Shown: positions 1 through 13,473 of the stretch, piece by piece
Position numbering within the stretch: position 1 is the stretch's first letter
Layout of the letters: each line of letters opens with the position of its first letter
Assembly (NCBI GenBank): GCA_009602725.1
Contig: WELB01000026.1
Location: forward strand, 159,990 to 223,989
DNA from: Spirogloea muscicola
Taxonomy: Eukaryota
Reading direction: 5' to 3'
Length of the DNA: 64,000 bases
Program-made: the position numbers and the translations under genes
The notes under the pieces: model-generated
Database searches by the model: none
The model's input: only the letters and a program-made list of their open reading frames with translations
Told to the model about the DNA's origin: nothing

Positions 1-2730
1 GGCGGCAGCGGCGGCGGCGCGGGGGCCGCGCAGCAGCAGCAAGGACGTCGCCGGCGCGGGGCGGTCGTGGGTGAGCCCGGCGTGGGTGACGGGCCTGGCG
101 GTGCGCCTGCGGGGGCCGGACGAGAGCGGTATCCCGGTGGCCGACGCGAAGCTGGAGGACGTGGCCGACCTCCTCGGCGGCGCGCTCTTCCTGCCGCTCT
201 TTAAGTGGATGCTCCAGGCCGGCCCCGTCTACCGCCTCGCCGCCGGCCCCCGCAACTTCGTCATCATCGGTGCATCATCGCCGCCACTAACCACATACCT
301 GCCAACAATGACAGAACCTCCGTTGCCGCCGCCGCCGTTGCTCTATGCATGCCGCCATGGCGCCTGCTGGCAGAGCCTGACGAGGCCGCCGCCGCCGCCG
401 GAGGGGCGCAGGCGAGCCGCAGGCTGCCAAGCACGTGCTGCGGGGCACGGGCACGACGTATGCCAAGGGCCTCGTGGCCGAGGTTGCACAGTTCCTCTTC
501 GGCTCCGGCTTTGCCATCGCCGAGGGCCCCACCTGGACGGTGGAGCTCCCCGCCCCCATCGCCGCGCTGCCTGGCACGAGCTCTCCTACTGCAGGGACAC
601 GCCTGGCCACTTGCCTCGGCTTCTGCTGATCGTCATGCTGCTGTTTGCTCACACCTATGCCTTGTCTGGCCCCCAATGGGCCCGTCATGCCGCAGGCCCG
701 GAGACGAGCTGTGGTCCCGTCCCTCCACCGAAAGTACCTGGCGACCATGGTTGACGAGGTCTTTGCGGAGAGCGCGGAGCGGCTGTCGCTGCAGTTGCAG
801 GCTGCGGCCAGGGACGGGGCTGCTGTGAACATGGAGGAGAAGTTCTCGCAGCTCACGCTGGACGTGATCGGCAAGGCTGTGTTCAACTACTCGTTCGACT
901 CGCTCAACCGCGACTCGCCGGTCATCCAGGCCGTGTACACGGCGCTCAAGGAGACGGAGTCCAGGTCCACCGACATCCTGCCCTACTGGCAGATCCCGCT
1001 GCTCTGCCAGTTGGTCCCGAGGCAGAGGAGGGCGGCTGAGGCGGTGCGGGTCATACGCACCGCGGTAGAGGACCTCGTGGCACAGTGCAAGGCCATTGTG
1101 GAGCGCGAGGGCGAGACACTGGGAGAGGACGGGGAGGAGTACCTAAATGAGAGCGACCCGTCGGTCCTGCGCTTCCTGCTTGCCAGCCGGGAAGAGGTGC
1201 TTCGAGCTCCACACCTCCACCCCCTGGCTTGGACTGCAGATGACCTGCCATCTCAAGCAGAACACAAGAGGTGTGCTCGGACTGGTGGAGCTTTGTGTGC
1301 ATTGGTTTGTGTCATCGCCGAGAGGTTTCATTGTGGAGGCAATCAGCAGCTGAAGGAGATGCTGTTGCCAAGCAGGTCAGCAGCGAGCAGTTGAGGGACG
1401 ATCTGCTATCAATGCTGGTGGCGGGCCACGAGACGACCGGCTCTGTCCTCACATGGACAGTGTTCTTGCTGGCTCAGGCACGCCTCTTAGCTCCTCCAGC
1501 TGTTGAACACTGCGGTCGGTGCGCAACAGAGAGGAGCAGCTCGTCTTACACCAATGCCAGTGGGTGAACTATTAGTGATGCTGTCCTGGATAGCCCGCAA
1601 TGTCTGAGTTGCAGAACCCTGAGGCCCGCGAGAAAGTGGCCAACGAGGTGGACAAGGTGTTGGGAGGAAGGCGGCCGACCTTTGCAGACACCAGGGAGCT
1701 CAAGTACACAATGCGATGCATCAACGAGTCCATGCGCCTCTACCCGCACCCCCCAGTGAGCGCTGCATGCTTCTAATGAGGTGGATCCCGTCTGAGCTCC
1801 ATGTCTGGGTTGTCTTATGCTTGACTGCCTGAGTGACCATTTTGCAGGTCCTCATTCGAAGGGCGACGAAGGCTGACGTGCTGCCAGGAGGCTACCGGCT
1901 CGACGCTGGTCAAGACGTGATGATCTCGGTGTACAATGTGCACCACTCTCCTCAGGCAAGCTCATATTTCTTCTTCAGCAGATGCGGAGGCCTTTGCTCA
2001 GACATAGTTACTTCAGCCAGACCTCGCAGACTACCTTTGCATCCGGATGCTCCTCAACACGGGCGACCTGAATTCAGGTCGCGGTGGGATATAATGAGTC
2101 CAGCTCAATAAGCACGACATTATGTGCATCCCCCAGCAAAGAGGGCTTTTACGTGCTTGCGTGAGTGCTGATGCAGCGGCACAACTCGGTGTTGCTATCC
2201 AGGTGTGGGACAGAGCAGAGGAGTTCCTTCCGGAGCGCTTCAGCATTGACGAGCCCATACCAAGTGAAGTGACGACAGACTATAGGTACTCTGTCCACCT
2301 GGCCTCCATGTATTGTAGTACTGGAAGTGCTTCAGTGCAGAGGAAACTCAGAAAAGCGGGGTTGGACGCTTGCTGCCTTGCAGATACATCCCCTTCTCTG
2401 GGGGCCCCCGCAAGTGCGTTGGGGACCAGTTCGCACTCTTGGAAGCTCTGGTGGCTCTTGCCGTTTTACTGCAGCGATTCCACTTTGAGCTGGTCCCGAA
2501 TCAGGACATTGGGATGACCACTGGGGCAACAATACACACCAAGAATGTAAGAATGTCGCCTTCTTCCCTGAGCCGGCTGTGTGTAACTCGCACAGCATGC
2601 CGATCTCCACTCTTCATTGCCATCTGTTCAGTTGCTGCAAGATGCCTCTTAATTCGTGTTTTTGACTCCACAGGGACTCTATATGACACTCAAAGAACGG
2701 GCCCTACCACGAGTGCCTGCCCTTGCTTGA
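1..2730 (+). CDS. CYP97C1: Cytochrome P450 CYP97C (carotenoid epsilon-ring hydroxylase, LUT1-like); multi-exon, 5' end outside window
   Basis: Spliced exons give [43 protein letters not shown] (I-helix), ESMRLYP (ExxR), PERF and the heme motif [10 protein letters not shown]; last exon [12 protein letters not shown] ends at 2730. Confidence 0.93.
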
Positions 2731-3518
2731 GCCTGACAGAAGTCTAGTACTTTAGCAAACCCTTGCTTAAGCGAGCCTCCTTGCAGCGGATTTGGCCTAT
2801 TTGAACAACAAATTTTGCCGTTTAGCTGCTGGTGTAAGGAATACAAGCAGTGGTATAGTGATGATTTGACCGCGCTTACTCCTGAGTGCATCTCCACCGG
2901 GACTTTAGGGTACAAGGATCAGTGTGGCCCTGATCCGGCAGTGTTGACCAAGAGAACACTGTTAGGTACTGCAAGGTACGGCTGTCCGATGCTGGCATGG
3001 CTCTGCACTTGCCTTTCTACCATCATTGGGATTCACCCTATAGCAACCAAGCCACAACATCAACCAAGTTCCACGCCTCTTATGAAGGACTCAGCTACAT
3101 GCACCTGAGGAGCAAGAGCGACCCAGCATAAAGTCATCATCAAGATTATGAGTCGTCTGTAACACAATACTGCTCAGGGTTCAGTTGGTCATCTGAATGA
3201 AAATGTGCATGCAGTTTGCCAGGCACGTGTCCTCTGAGGGTGCAAGCACCACCCTTTTCTCCTCCACTCACCCCTCTGATGTGCAACAACCTACACAAGT
3301 CTGCACCAGTTATACTCTAAAACCCTTGCACCACCTAAACTCACGCAAAGCTGCTGTGCCTTCTGTGTCCATTGTGCACCGGCGTATGGGACACGGTGCT
3401 TACCGGCCACAGAATTCGCCGCCCATGAACCCCTACAACTCATCTGCATGATTTATCTATCCCCTCTAGCAGTGAGGGAGGTGGGGAGGAATGTACACAG
3501 CACTGCAGAGGACACCAC

Positions 3519-5683
3519 TCAGACGACAGAGATGGCACTTGTTGCACCCGCAGGCGCTGCAGAGGGAGCAGGCGCCGGCGCAGCATTTGCGGCGGCTGTA
3601 CTGGGGTTAGCTTGAAATGCTGATGAGTGCCTGCTGGGCTGCTCCAGGAGGTTGAACGAGAGGGTGGAGGAGTCGCCTGTCGTGCCGACTGGCGGGGAAA
3701 GGCCTAGCTTCGTGTCCAGCTGACTCTCCCCGACGTCCTTGACCCCTCCCGCTGGAGAGTGTGTGAGGCCAAACGCTCGGGCAGGGCCTGCCCCTCGGGC
3801 GGGAGCGGCAGGAATGCTGGGCGTGGGCCTCACCAGGGTGCTGGACAATGGTGGTGCCAGGGGCTGGGGGAGCAGTGCGCCCCACTGTTGCGCCGCAGGG
3901 CCTCCCTGCTGCCACTGCACCTGCACGGACTGTGCCTCGCCACCGCTGCCCAGCGACAGGCCCAGGCCCAGATTGCCATACCCAGACCACGGCATCGACG
4001 GGAACGGGTACAAAGCCTGGCCAGCCATGGCCTCTGTCGCCCGTGGAGGTACAGCCGATACAGCAATCGGCTTGGTCACATCCGCCCGCCCAAAGGCGGT
4101 CGAGCGCAGCTCCGTGGTCTGGTCCTGCGCATATGCGTGCTCGTATCCGCCTGTGCCGTAACCGTGACGAAGCCCCTGCATGAATGCTTGGGCTGCTGCC
4201 GCCCCTGCCGCTGCTGCTGCAGATGCTGCTGCCTGCGCCTGGCCATCCCCCCCGTGGAGGCCAGGCCCTCCAAGTTGTCCCCTGAGATGGGTCTGGCCGC
4301 TGACTGTCATATGTGGTGGAGTGCTGCTAGGGGCAGTTGCCCCCGGCGGCATCGGCATGGACTGGGGATACAGATGTGCTCGCGTGAGGTCGTAGTACTG
4401 TCTTGGAGAGAAGGCTGACGATCCACTGCCGGACCCATATGGGTGATCGGTGGGGGAAGATCCACCCTTCAGCTCGCCAATGTCGGACAGGTTTGGGGTG
4501 CTGAAGGATCGGCCCATGGTTGCCTGCACGCAAGCTCGCAGGCATGTCGAGTCAGAGTTTATCCACTGTGGGCATGTCATGTCACGACCGTGCCTATGTT
4601 GCAGCCAGCTATGAGCTAAGCATGGTATCATCATCTGGTGCAAGCACTTCTGCTGGTGAGCGGAGCCTTGCAGGGCGCAGCAGTAGCTTCGTGCTCCTTC
4701 AGATGTGCACACATGCATCAAAGTGCCATCTTGACCTTACCCTCGCTGTTGCATACTGGGCACGCAAGCATCCATCCAACTCAGACTCGCACATGCTATT
4801 CCGTCCAGGCTTGCTAGAATCAGTTCTGCAAGCTACTGCGGTCCCGCGCTTCCTAGGTGCAGGGTTGTCCATGCTGAGCTCGGAGAGGACACGGTGCCCA
4901 CCGTATCTGTGCCAATGTCGAAGAGGCTGGACCGCCGCTTGCGCTTGTTCAGGTTGCTCTGGCGGATGAAGAACTTCTGGGCGTGGCTGGCCACCTGGGT
5001 GGGCGTGCGGGACTGCACGAAGTTGCGCGAGATGCCGCGCCAGTCGCCCTTGCCCAGCTTGTGCAGGCCAATCAGGAACATGCGGTGCTCCTCCTCCGTC
5101 CACGGCACCCCTGCAGCATGCGGCCCCGACCCAGCCTCCGAGCAGGGGTCAGCCTCCAGGAGATGGCTCCTGCAAGACGGGGCTCGTCTCACCAGCGGCG
5201 GCAGCCCGGCAGAGGCGACCGGCGAGCGCTGGCTGGGGATGGAAGCGCGCGCCCATTGACGTGCTGGGCTGGCCTCCGGCAGCCGATCGTCGTCGGCAGA
5301 CGGCCGGAGGCCGGCAGCGAGCGTCCAGGGCTGGCTCGGTCGCAGGGAGAGGCCGCACCTTTCTTGCGGTCGCGCGAGCTGGCGGAGGTCTGGACGGCGC
5401 CGTCGGAGCCGTACCCGTCCTGGGCGTGCCCGTTGTCCGCCGAGTGCTCGGGCGTGACGACGGGCGGCGGGTGGTGCGCGGGCGGGGCGGCGGGCGCGGA
5501 CGGCGGCGGCGGCGGCGGCGGCGGGGGCGGGCCGCCGGTGTAGTGGGCGAGGTTGCCGGCGGAGGCGGACTTGCGCATGGCGTGGGGGTCGGTGAGGCGG
5601 ACGCCGAAGAGGCGGACGCCGCGGTCGGGGCAGGTGCGGGAGTTGTGCCCGTGGTGGCCGCAGTGCGAGCAGCGCCGGGCCAT
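3519..5683 (-). CDS. MYB-related (1R, SHAQKYF-class) transcription factor with N-terminal CCHC knuckle and LFGV motif (MYBS3/KUA1-like); about 3 exons
   Basis: [29 protein letters not shown], and [56 protein letters not shown]. Confidence 0.9.
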
Positions 5684-5946
5684 GGCGGCGGCGGCGGCGG
5701 CATCGCCGTCGCCCGCCTCCTCGCCGATGGGCTCCGTGGTGGCGGCGGNNNNNNNNNNNNNNNNNNNNNNNNNNNNNNNNNNNNNNNNNNNNNNNNNNNN
5801 NNNNNNNNNNNNNNNNNNNNNNNNNNNNNNNNNNNNNNNNNNNNNNNNNNNNNNNCCCCCACCCTCGGGGGCTAGCCGCCTCCACCCTCCCGGATGGATG
5901 CGGCCTCCTCTCCTTGCCCTACCTCATCGGCCCACCTCCCCTCCCG

Positions 5947-8660
5947 CTACTCCAGCTCCACGAGAAAGTCCTCCTTGTCAACGAACACCTGCTCGCTCGC
6001 GCGCGCACAAGCTCTCAGGCCCAGTGCATAGCGGTGTTGCCACATTCACTCTTCTGTCATCCGACAACAGGACACCCCGCACGAGATCCTTCTCATCTCC
6101 CTGCTGTGCGGTGGCCTCGTCACTCACCGTCTTCCAGCCATCTGGGTCCAGGCAAGCCATGATCTTGGTGTTCAGGCCTTGCAGCGGGCCTGGCTCTCTT
6201 GTGATCTTGCCACCAGCCTCTCTCACGGCCTCTGCTGTTTTGTAGACGTCATTTGTGCTGATCGCAATCTGCAGAGCGATTAGGGTGCTCTGCTGTCAGT
6301 TTCCCACTGCTAACACTTCTCGTTTTGGCGGCCTACCAATCCGATGCTGGGCTCCATGCCCAGCCCATCACAACAACCTTGCCTGGTAAGAACAAGGTGA
6401 GCACCTGGCCGTAAGCGTCTCCCTTCGTATAATCTTTCGTGTCATAATTATACGTCAACTCGACCACTGTGTTCTGCTCCTCAGGCCCGTAGCCCATCAT
6501 TGCAATGGTGTACTGCATGTTGACAATCATCAGAAGCTCCCACTTGTCATCTGCATGTTACTGTCAAAACCGTGAGCCAGACTGCTGCCACTTGTCAGCG
6601 TCATCCTCCTCCCTCTCTAGGTCACGCTGGCACGTACGCAGCGTACCTTGTTTTCCGGATTATCACGCTTGCGTAGCAACTTCATCCCGTACGCCTGCCA
6701 AGGTAGAGGAGCTCGAGTGCAGTTAGTATCTTAGTACAGTAAGTCATGCATGTCTCACAGAGCAGATATATGCTTCCCTGTGCCTGCGATGTCTGATAAT
6801 AGCAGGCAGGTACCTCATCAAGTAGGCCTAGATAGACTGTCCTCTCCAAGGGGGGCTGATGAGCATGGGCAGCCCAACGGGTCTGGACTAGCTACTCGAA
6901 ACGACGGCAACAAGCAGTCTCCAAATGACAGAGCGGCAAGACTACGTATGCACAAACAAACCTTCTCATAGAATGCGATGGAGCGATCCAGGTCACCAAC
7001 TCGCAGCATGACCTGGCAAAGAGGCTCTGGCGTTGACGGCCTCTGCAGGAGCTCAAACTTGTATCCATCTGCATCCTGCACAGCTCTTCAACAACTCAGT
7101 CATCCTGCCTGGCTACCAGCCTCTTCCCTCCTGTCCATCAGCCTCAATTCTCATCCCCCGTATACTTGCACTGCATTGGAGGACTGATTCTGGCTCGGTA
7201 AGTCTCACGCATCAGAACCGTTCGAAGGTCACGACCAGAGCTGGTAGGCCGATAACAACCTCAACAAATGCTATCACAGTCTTTCCACCTTTCACGGGAC
7301 CAGGCTCCCTGGCCACCTTTCCACCCTTGGCGCGCACAAGCTCAACTGTTTTGGCAACCTGTACAAAAACAACGTTAGTGCAATACTCAGCTGCCCAATT
7401 AGTCAAGCATTCACATCGAAGGTGCGTAGAAGGGGGCATCTTTCACAAGTCTGCTTATGAGCCAAGAGTCTGAGGACCACGAAGGTGCACACTTGTCATC
7501 ATGTGGACCTGCTCCGTTGAGTACATTGACTGATGTTGCATGATCTCCTACGATCTTTCAGCCTTTGAGCATTGTACTTCTGCCAATGGATACAGTAACG
7601 TCCCATGTGTGCGGCTGATGTCTGCTGTGGCATCGCCAGCAAGGAACAAGAAGGATTGCTGCTGAGATTTGTAGGTAGTGGACAGGCAGTACTCACATCC
7701 TCAACGGCAATGCCAAAATGGCCAAAGCCAGTGCCCAGGTCATACTTGTCCTTCTCATAGTCTGCTCGCAGATGAGGATCGAAGGTCAGCAAATGGACAC
7801 ACGGGCTATTGAGTACTCCGGCCTGCATCCTGCATTCAGTCATCTTCTGTTGCAACTCTGCTGTGCAAGGATCAGATGATACTTACTATAAGTCAGCTCG
7901 ACGGCAAAGTTCGTGGTCTCAGGACCGTAGCCGAGGAAAGCATTTGAATACTTCTCCTCGGGAATGTCGCGCTTGCGGAGCAACTTCATGCCCAGGCACT
8001 CCGTGTAGAACCTGGCCAAGTTGCCCGCAGCCGCGCAGCCTCAAGTTGCAGTGCTGCTCTCACCAGCCTTGTGTCATATCGTAAGGAGTAAGCTGTATGT
8101 ATCTCTGCTGGTGCACGGGTGTGACAAGGAACCCGTCAAGCGCACTTGATGGTCCGGTCCAGATCACCAACACGGTACACCACATGCAGCATGCGCCGGT
8201 CGTCAGTCTTCGCAAAGTTGACAGCCTCAGACTCTGCGGCTGGAGCAGCTACAGCGCCTTCGCCAGCGGCTGCCTTCGACATGACGACGGCAGCAGCACC
8301 CTGCAGGAGGAGCGTCCGACCTGCCGGTTTCACACGGGGGAGCCATCCAGGCTCAGCTGACACTGTACGTGGTGCATTGCCTCGGGCAGGCATCAAGTTC
8401 CAGTTGCAGAAGAAGCAGTGAGCTGAAGGCTCAGGACGAGGGAGTTAGGACCACGCACGCGGAGCCTGGGAGAAAAAGAGCAGGCCGTCGCGCGCAAAGC
8501 CGCAGCTGATGTGCAGCGGCGAGCCGACACGCTGGCAACGCAGCAGCTCGCGGAGCTGGGGTGGAGGGCGGGCGGCCGGGCCGGCGCGGCGGGCGGGCTG
8601 GAGGAGCAGCGGCGCTAGAGGGGGAGCGGCCGCCAGTCTTGCGGCGGGCAGCTTGGCCAT
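5947..8660 (-). CDS. GLX1: Lactoylglutathione lyase (glyoxalase I), two-domain type with probable plastid transit peptide; multi-exon
   Basis: [76 protein letters not shown]; last exon [13 protein letters not shown]. Confidence 0.92.
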
Positions 8661-9334
8661 AGGGGGGAGGGAGGCGGGGACGGCGGCGGCCCTGGGCGGG
8701 CTATGGGGATGGGACGGGGGGTGGAGGGTGGTGGATGGAAGAGAAGGGGGCCTTGTTCGACGCCTCAACTGGGGAGCCACTTGGGAGCAACAGCGCGGCC
8801 CCGTCTCTCGTCGTCGGGCCCGCCTCGCTCCGCATCACCACTTTCACAGTTCGTTCATTTCTCTGGGCTGGCCAACTACAGCCATCGCCGCTGTGAAAGG
8901 AAGACTGGAAGAGTCTTCCTTTCCCAGTGACACTGGCTTGATCTGGTCTCCCTCTCATTTTAAGCGAGAGAAGGCGCGCGGCGCGCAAGAAATGAAAAGG
9001 GAGGCCAAATCAAGCCAATACATTGTTCAGGTAAAGGGGAAAAGCTCATTCCAGTAGGAAGAAGTGCGCGCCCATAGAGAAGAGAGGCTGGCAAAGCCAG
9101 CCCAAAAAAGAATGGACAATGTCCAAAGCCAAAGAAAGAAGAAGAAGTGGCTCTCCCAATGGGGGCAAGGGCTGTGAGAAGCCAGCCCGAAAAGAATTGA
9201 CAAGGTTCGAAGGGGCCAAACTACGAGCTAAGCAGCGACTGCGGGGCCTGAAGAGGCTATGGCAGAACGGGGGAGGATGGACCACTTAGTAGTTACGAGT
9301 GAGGAGCCGGAAAGAAAGCGGAGCCGGAAAAAGG

Positions 9335-10327
9335 CCGACCTGCGCGGGCGCGCGCGTTTCCACTCGGCCTCCTCCCCGGGGGCCGCGGCGTGGCTCCAGG
9401 CCCTCCCCCTCAATGAAGCCCTCACCCTCCCGGTTGAGGCGTTCCGCAGTGCCGTCCACCGGCTCCTGGGCTTGCCGCCGCCATGCCTCCAGGGCGTGCA
9501 ACAGTGTGAGTGTGGTGAGCGAGGGGCCGAGCAGGGGGAGCTGGCCGCTCATGTTCTGCGCTGTTCCCACGGCGGAGAGCGGACCGCGGCCCATGACCAT
9601 CTCAGGGATGCGATGCATGGCATCCTCGTGGAGGCGGGCTTCTCGGTGGCAGCCGAGAATTCTGCCGTCATGCCGCTCCAGCAACGGGCCGACGGTCTCC
9701 ACGCTCGTCGCGTGGACCTTATGGCCACCCCACCGGCAGGCGGGCCACGTCTTCTCCTGGACGTGGTGACCACCAACTCCTATGACCGCTCCCATCCAAC
9801 CCAGTGTGCCACCAAAGCTGGGTATGCGGTAGCCTGCGCAGCTCGGGCCAAGGAGCTAAAATACGCAGATCACCCGCGGGAAGACATGTTCTTCCCGCTC
9901 GCCATCGATACGCACGGGGCGCTGGGCGCTCGGTGGCTCGAGCTGCTTGACCAGCTCTCTCGTCACGCCATTGCCCGCCGCTTCCATGGGGAGCCGGTGG
10001 ACTCCCATGCAGCAGGGTCGCTAGCGCAGGTGTACCGCATGCGCTTGGCCGTCTCGCTGCAGAGGTCTATGGCCCGCGCGCTGCACCTGCGTGCAGGCAG
10101 AGCCCTCGCCGCTGCCTCTGGCTCTGGCCAGGGAACCCGCTTCCAGGAACCGAGTCTCTCTGACCTGAGGCTGCTTAGCAGGGGTTACTGAGTGCTTCGT
10201 AGCTGCTTCGCTTCTTTTCTGTGCTTGTTGTTCTTCGTACTTCCCCTGGCCCCTTCTCGTCCTTTGTACATTCTTTTCTGGGCTCGCTTTTTCCAGCCCC
10301 TATCCTCAATGGGCGAGCCCTTCTCTC
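9335..10327 (+). mobile_element. 5'-truncated CRE-like element, family A (zinc knuckle + RLE domain + 3' UTR)
   Basis: Open frame CECG..HVLRCSHGGERTAAHD..RRVDL..LLDVV..AKELKY..FFPLAIDTHGALG..SLSDLRLLSRGY* (stop 10191), then a 3' UTR; related copy at 57576-58444. Confidence 0.9.
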
Positions 10328-10564
10328 TGAAAAAATAAAAAGGAAAAAAAACAGAAAAAGGACGGATTCCAGTTCGCCGGCTGGCTCCCACGTTGGCTGG
10401 GTGGACGTGGCACGCAGCGCCTGTGCAGGAACGCGAGCACCCCCTGCTGGCCTGCCGCCACGTGGCCTGCTAGGCCCGGGCGACATTCTCGTGTATTTCG
10501 GAACCAACGAAGGCCAATGTTGGACGAAGGGCGATGTTGGACGCCGGGCACTTGTGATAGAAAA

Positions 10565-10996
10565 GAAAAGATGGCCAATTGCGGAGCTGCGTGCTTGGTG
10601 GTTTCGGCCTTTGGCGCCAAATGGCTGGACCTCCTTCACCGCCTTGCGCGGCGAGCAGCGGCCCGCCGCGACGGGCAGCAAGGCGAGCAGCCTGGCTTCC
10701 ATGTCGCCGGGTCCCTCGCCCAAGTTTACCGGATGCGCCTGGCCGTCTCTTTGCAGCGGTCCCTAGCTTTTGCGGTCCACTTGCGCGCAGGCCGCGCTCT
10801 GGCGGCGGCCTCCGGCTTCCGTCAGGGCGACGTCTTTCCGCCTGCTAGCTACTCAGATTTGCATCTACTGACGAGAGGTTACTGAGAGTTCGCTTACTGC
10901 TGTCTCAGTCCTTAGCACTCCGACTCCTTCAGACCTTGTCCATTCTTTTGGGCTGGCCTCTCCCAGCCACCAGTTAATCTGGCCGCGCTTGCTCTT
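10565..10996 (+). mobile_element. 5'-truncated CRE-like element, family E
   Basis: AFGAKWLDLL..YRMRLAVSLQRS..ASYSDLHLLTRGY* (stop 10885); its tail recurs at about 11040, 13915 and 25140. Confidence 0.8.
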
Positions 10997-12680
10997 TCGG
11001 CCTCCCACCTGCTAATTACTCGGACTTGATGCTGCTCACCTTGTCCATTCTTTTGGGCTGGCCTCTCCCAGCAACCAGTTAATCTGGCCGCGCTTGCTTT
11101 GCTCACTCGTGGGTACTGAGCTTCCCATTTTTCCATCTACGGTCGTGTAGTGTCTAGCTGGGTAATTTTTCTTTTCGGCAACTTTTGGCTCTTTGGCCCT
11201 TGTCCATTCGTTCTGGGCAGGCCTTTCCCAGTACCTACCCCCCAGCTGGGCGAGCAAGTTTCTTTTAGACCTTACTTCTTAGACCTTGTCCACTCCTTAT
11301 CCTTGCGGCTGCTTATTAGGGTTACCAAGTGACCATTCTTCGTGGTACTTACTTAGTTGTGTGTTTCAACGCTTCCGGCCCCTTCGGACCTTGTCAACTG
11401 TTATCGGGCTGTGGCTTTTCACAGCCCTCTCCCCCTTTGCACAAGCTTACTCCTTCAAGGCTGGCCTTTCAGACTGGCTGGCTTTCCACAGCTCTGGCCC
11501 TGTTTGAAAGAGCATCTTCTTTATCACAGCCCTTGCCTCCTCCGAAACTGCTTCTTCCTCGACAACAAGCTGCCCACTCCTTCCTCGTTTGGGCTCCCGG
11601 CATAGCACAGCATGGCCGCACAGCCGGACCAAAGAGGCTCCGGGCACGCTGAGGCAATCTTTGGCAAGCCAGGGTGCTCCGCCTGTTTGGGCCCCTTCAA
11701 TGCAGTCCTGTAACTGCATGCCTCGCATACATGCTTGCCTACGCATAAATGCCTGCCTTGCTGCTTGCAACCTACCTAGCCCGCCCAGGCTGGTGTCAAT
11801 AGTGCTTCTTCTTCCGACACGAATGTGACAGTGGCATGCTTGAGGAAGTGTCCTATCAAAGTCATGCTGCAACATCCGGCTTCTATGAACCTGTGCACAT
11901 ATGCCGAAGTCAAGCGCAAATCTTCACCATGTTGGCACATCTGCATGTCCTTGTTAAGTGTCCCTTAAGATAACATCATTTGTGGTACTTGCATAGCTAT
12001 GTGTTTTAGCACTTTCCGACCCCTTCGGACATTGTCCATTCTTTCCGGGCTAGGTGTTCCCAGCCCTCGCCCCCTTTTGGAAGAGCTTACTTCTACAGGC
12101 GGAGAGGCACGTAAGAAGTCGGCTCAATCAAAGAGAATCTGGAAAGACTGCTCTTTGCGGGCTTTCCAACCACTGTTTCCTCACAGTATCGGGCCTGTAT
12201 CTCTAGGCCCTTTCTCACTAGGGGTCTTGTTGCGCCATTGACCAAGGCAGCTAGGAGCCTTGGGAATGGACATCCGCCGTGGTCTGCAACTGTAAACTTG
12301 CTGCGTGGGCTGGATGCAGTTGTGGGGCTGATTGGTTGACAGTAGCATATAATGACGGTACACAGTTGACTCACTCAAGGTGATAACATTAAGAATGCCG
12401 AGTGGAGACCTCTGTGGCCTTCTACTGCCAGTCCATAAGGTCCAGCACGTAGAACCTGCAGTAACTCCAATCTCAAAAAGTCACGCTCGTTGAAGACCAT
12501 AGCAGCTAGTATATAGCACATTTCTTGTTCCACTCCAGTCCTCATGAGCTCGTGGCTCTGGCATGCAGAGACAGAGCCACCAGAGCGATGATGTAGATGC
12601 AGGTGATAGCCTTCTGCTCATTACTTATTGTGACACTTGATAACGAGCTGTATACCTGGCAGGAGCTGCAAATGTGGAGG

Positions 12681-13473
12681 TCAGTGTGACTTGCCACAGT
12701 GGATGAGGCTCCCCGCTCCAAGGAAAAGGCCAAAAACTGCTGCACTTCCAAGTGTTGTCTGCCCCACGTACCTCACCTTCATTATGCCTGGCACCTGGTT
12801 GCAAATAGCAGGCTAAACCTCAGCAGCAATCCGCCATGACGTGATGCAGGCTATCCTGTCTCTGATTCAGCTTGCTCGGGTGTAACAATTCCTGACTGAA
12901 GTGATGCTACATCCTACACAAGCTACACCAGGTCTGATCATCTCCAACGTTCATCTGGAGCAATCCCCTTTCCTACAGTAGGACCATCGCTGCTCTATGG
13001 CGCAGACTGGTGGTCTCAAGTGGACTCCATGCCCATCCTTGCCATGTGGATTTGCTGTACGTGCAGCGCCGACCAGTCCAAGTAGTTGGGCACTCTCAGC
13101 AATCAAGCACGTTCACGGCAATGGCACTCCTCGAGGAGAGGAGAAGGGGCCAGCAAGTATGAAGCTGTGGGAGAAGCATGAGCAGACGTACTCTGTAGCG
13201 GAAGGCTTCATACGTTCCGTACACGGCACCTGAAAGCGCCGCTGACAGCTAGTTTAAATGCAAGCCTGCTCAGCCTTGTAAGCGCGCAAAATCTTGGTTC
13301 CTGCACCGATTGGTGGTACTTAAGGAGGGCGACGAGCCGCTGGGAGGCAGCAGCTCAGCGGTGGCCAGCAGCATGCGGATGGCAGCATACAGCCGTTGGC
13401 GCTGACCGATAGCACCCCCGACCGCGCTGCCGATGGTAACTCCGGCAATGACGCGGTTCGTGCACCGGTCCAT
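12681..13473 (-). CDS. ROMO1: Romo1/Mgr2 family mitochondrial inner-membrane protein; 3 exons
   Basis: Spliced MDRCTNRVIAGVTIGSAVGGAIG|AVYGTYEAFRYR|VPGIMKVRYVGQTTLGSAAVFGLFLGAGSLIHCGKSH* with GT-AG introns. Confidence 0.88.

Larger units (their letters stand above)
8860..12240. mobile_element. Cluster 1 of nested CRE-like non-LTR retrotransposon fragments
   Basis: Many copies of the GGGCTGGC..CAGCCC 3'-UTR module on both strands plus RLE-domain ORF ends (LSRGY*, LTRGY*, LTRNY*). Confidence 0.85.

Noticed and set aside
9259..9334. N-terminus (MAERGRM..) of the 310-aa ORF as a genuine start
   Set aside because: It is antisense B/C tail sequence fortuitously in frame with a 5'-truncated element
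8860..12240. Recurrent palindromic GGGCTGGC..CAGCCC repeats as a CRISPR array or REP elements
   Set aside because: Irregular spacing, both orientations, no cas genes, eukaryotic context; explained as retroelement 3' UTRs
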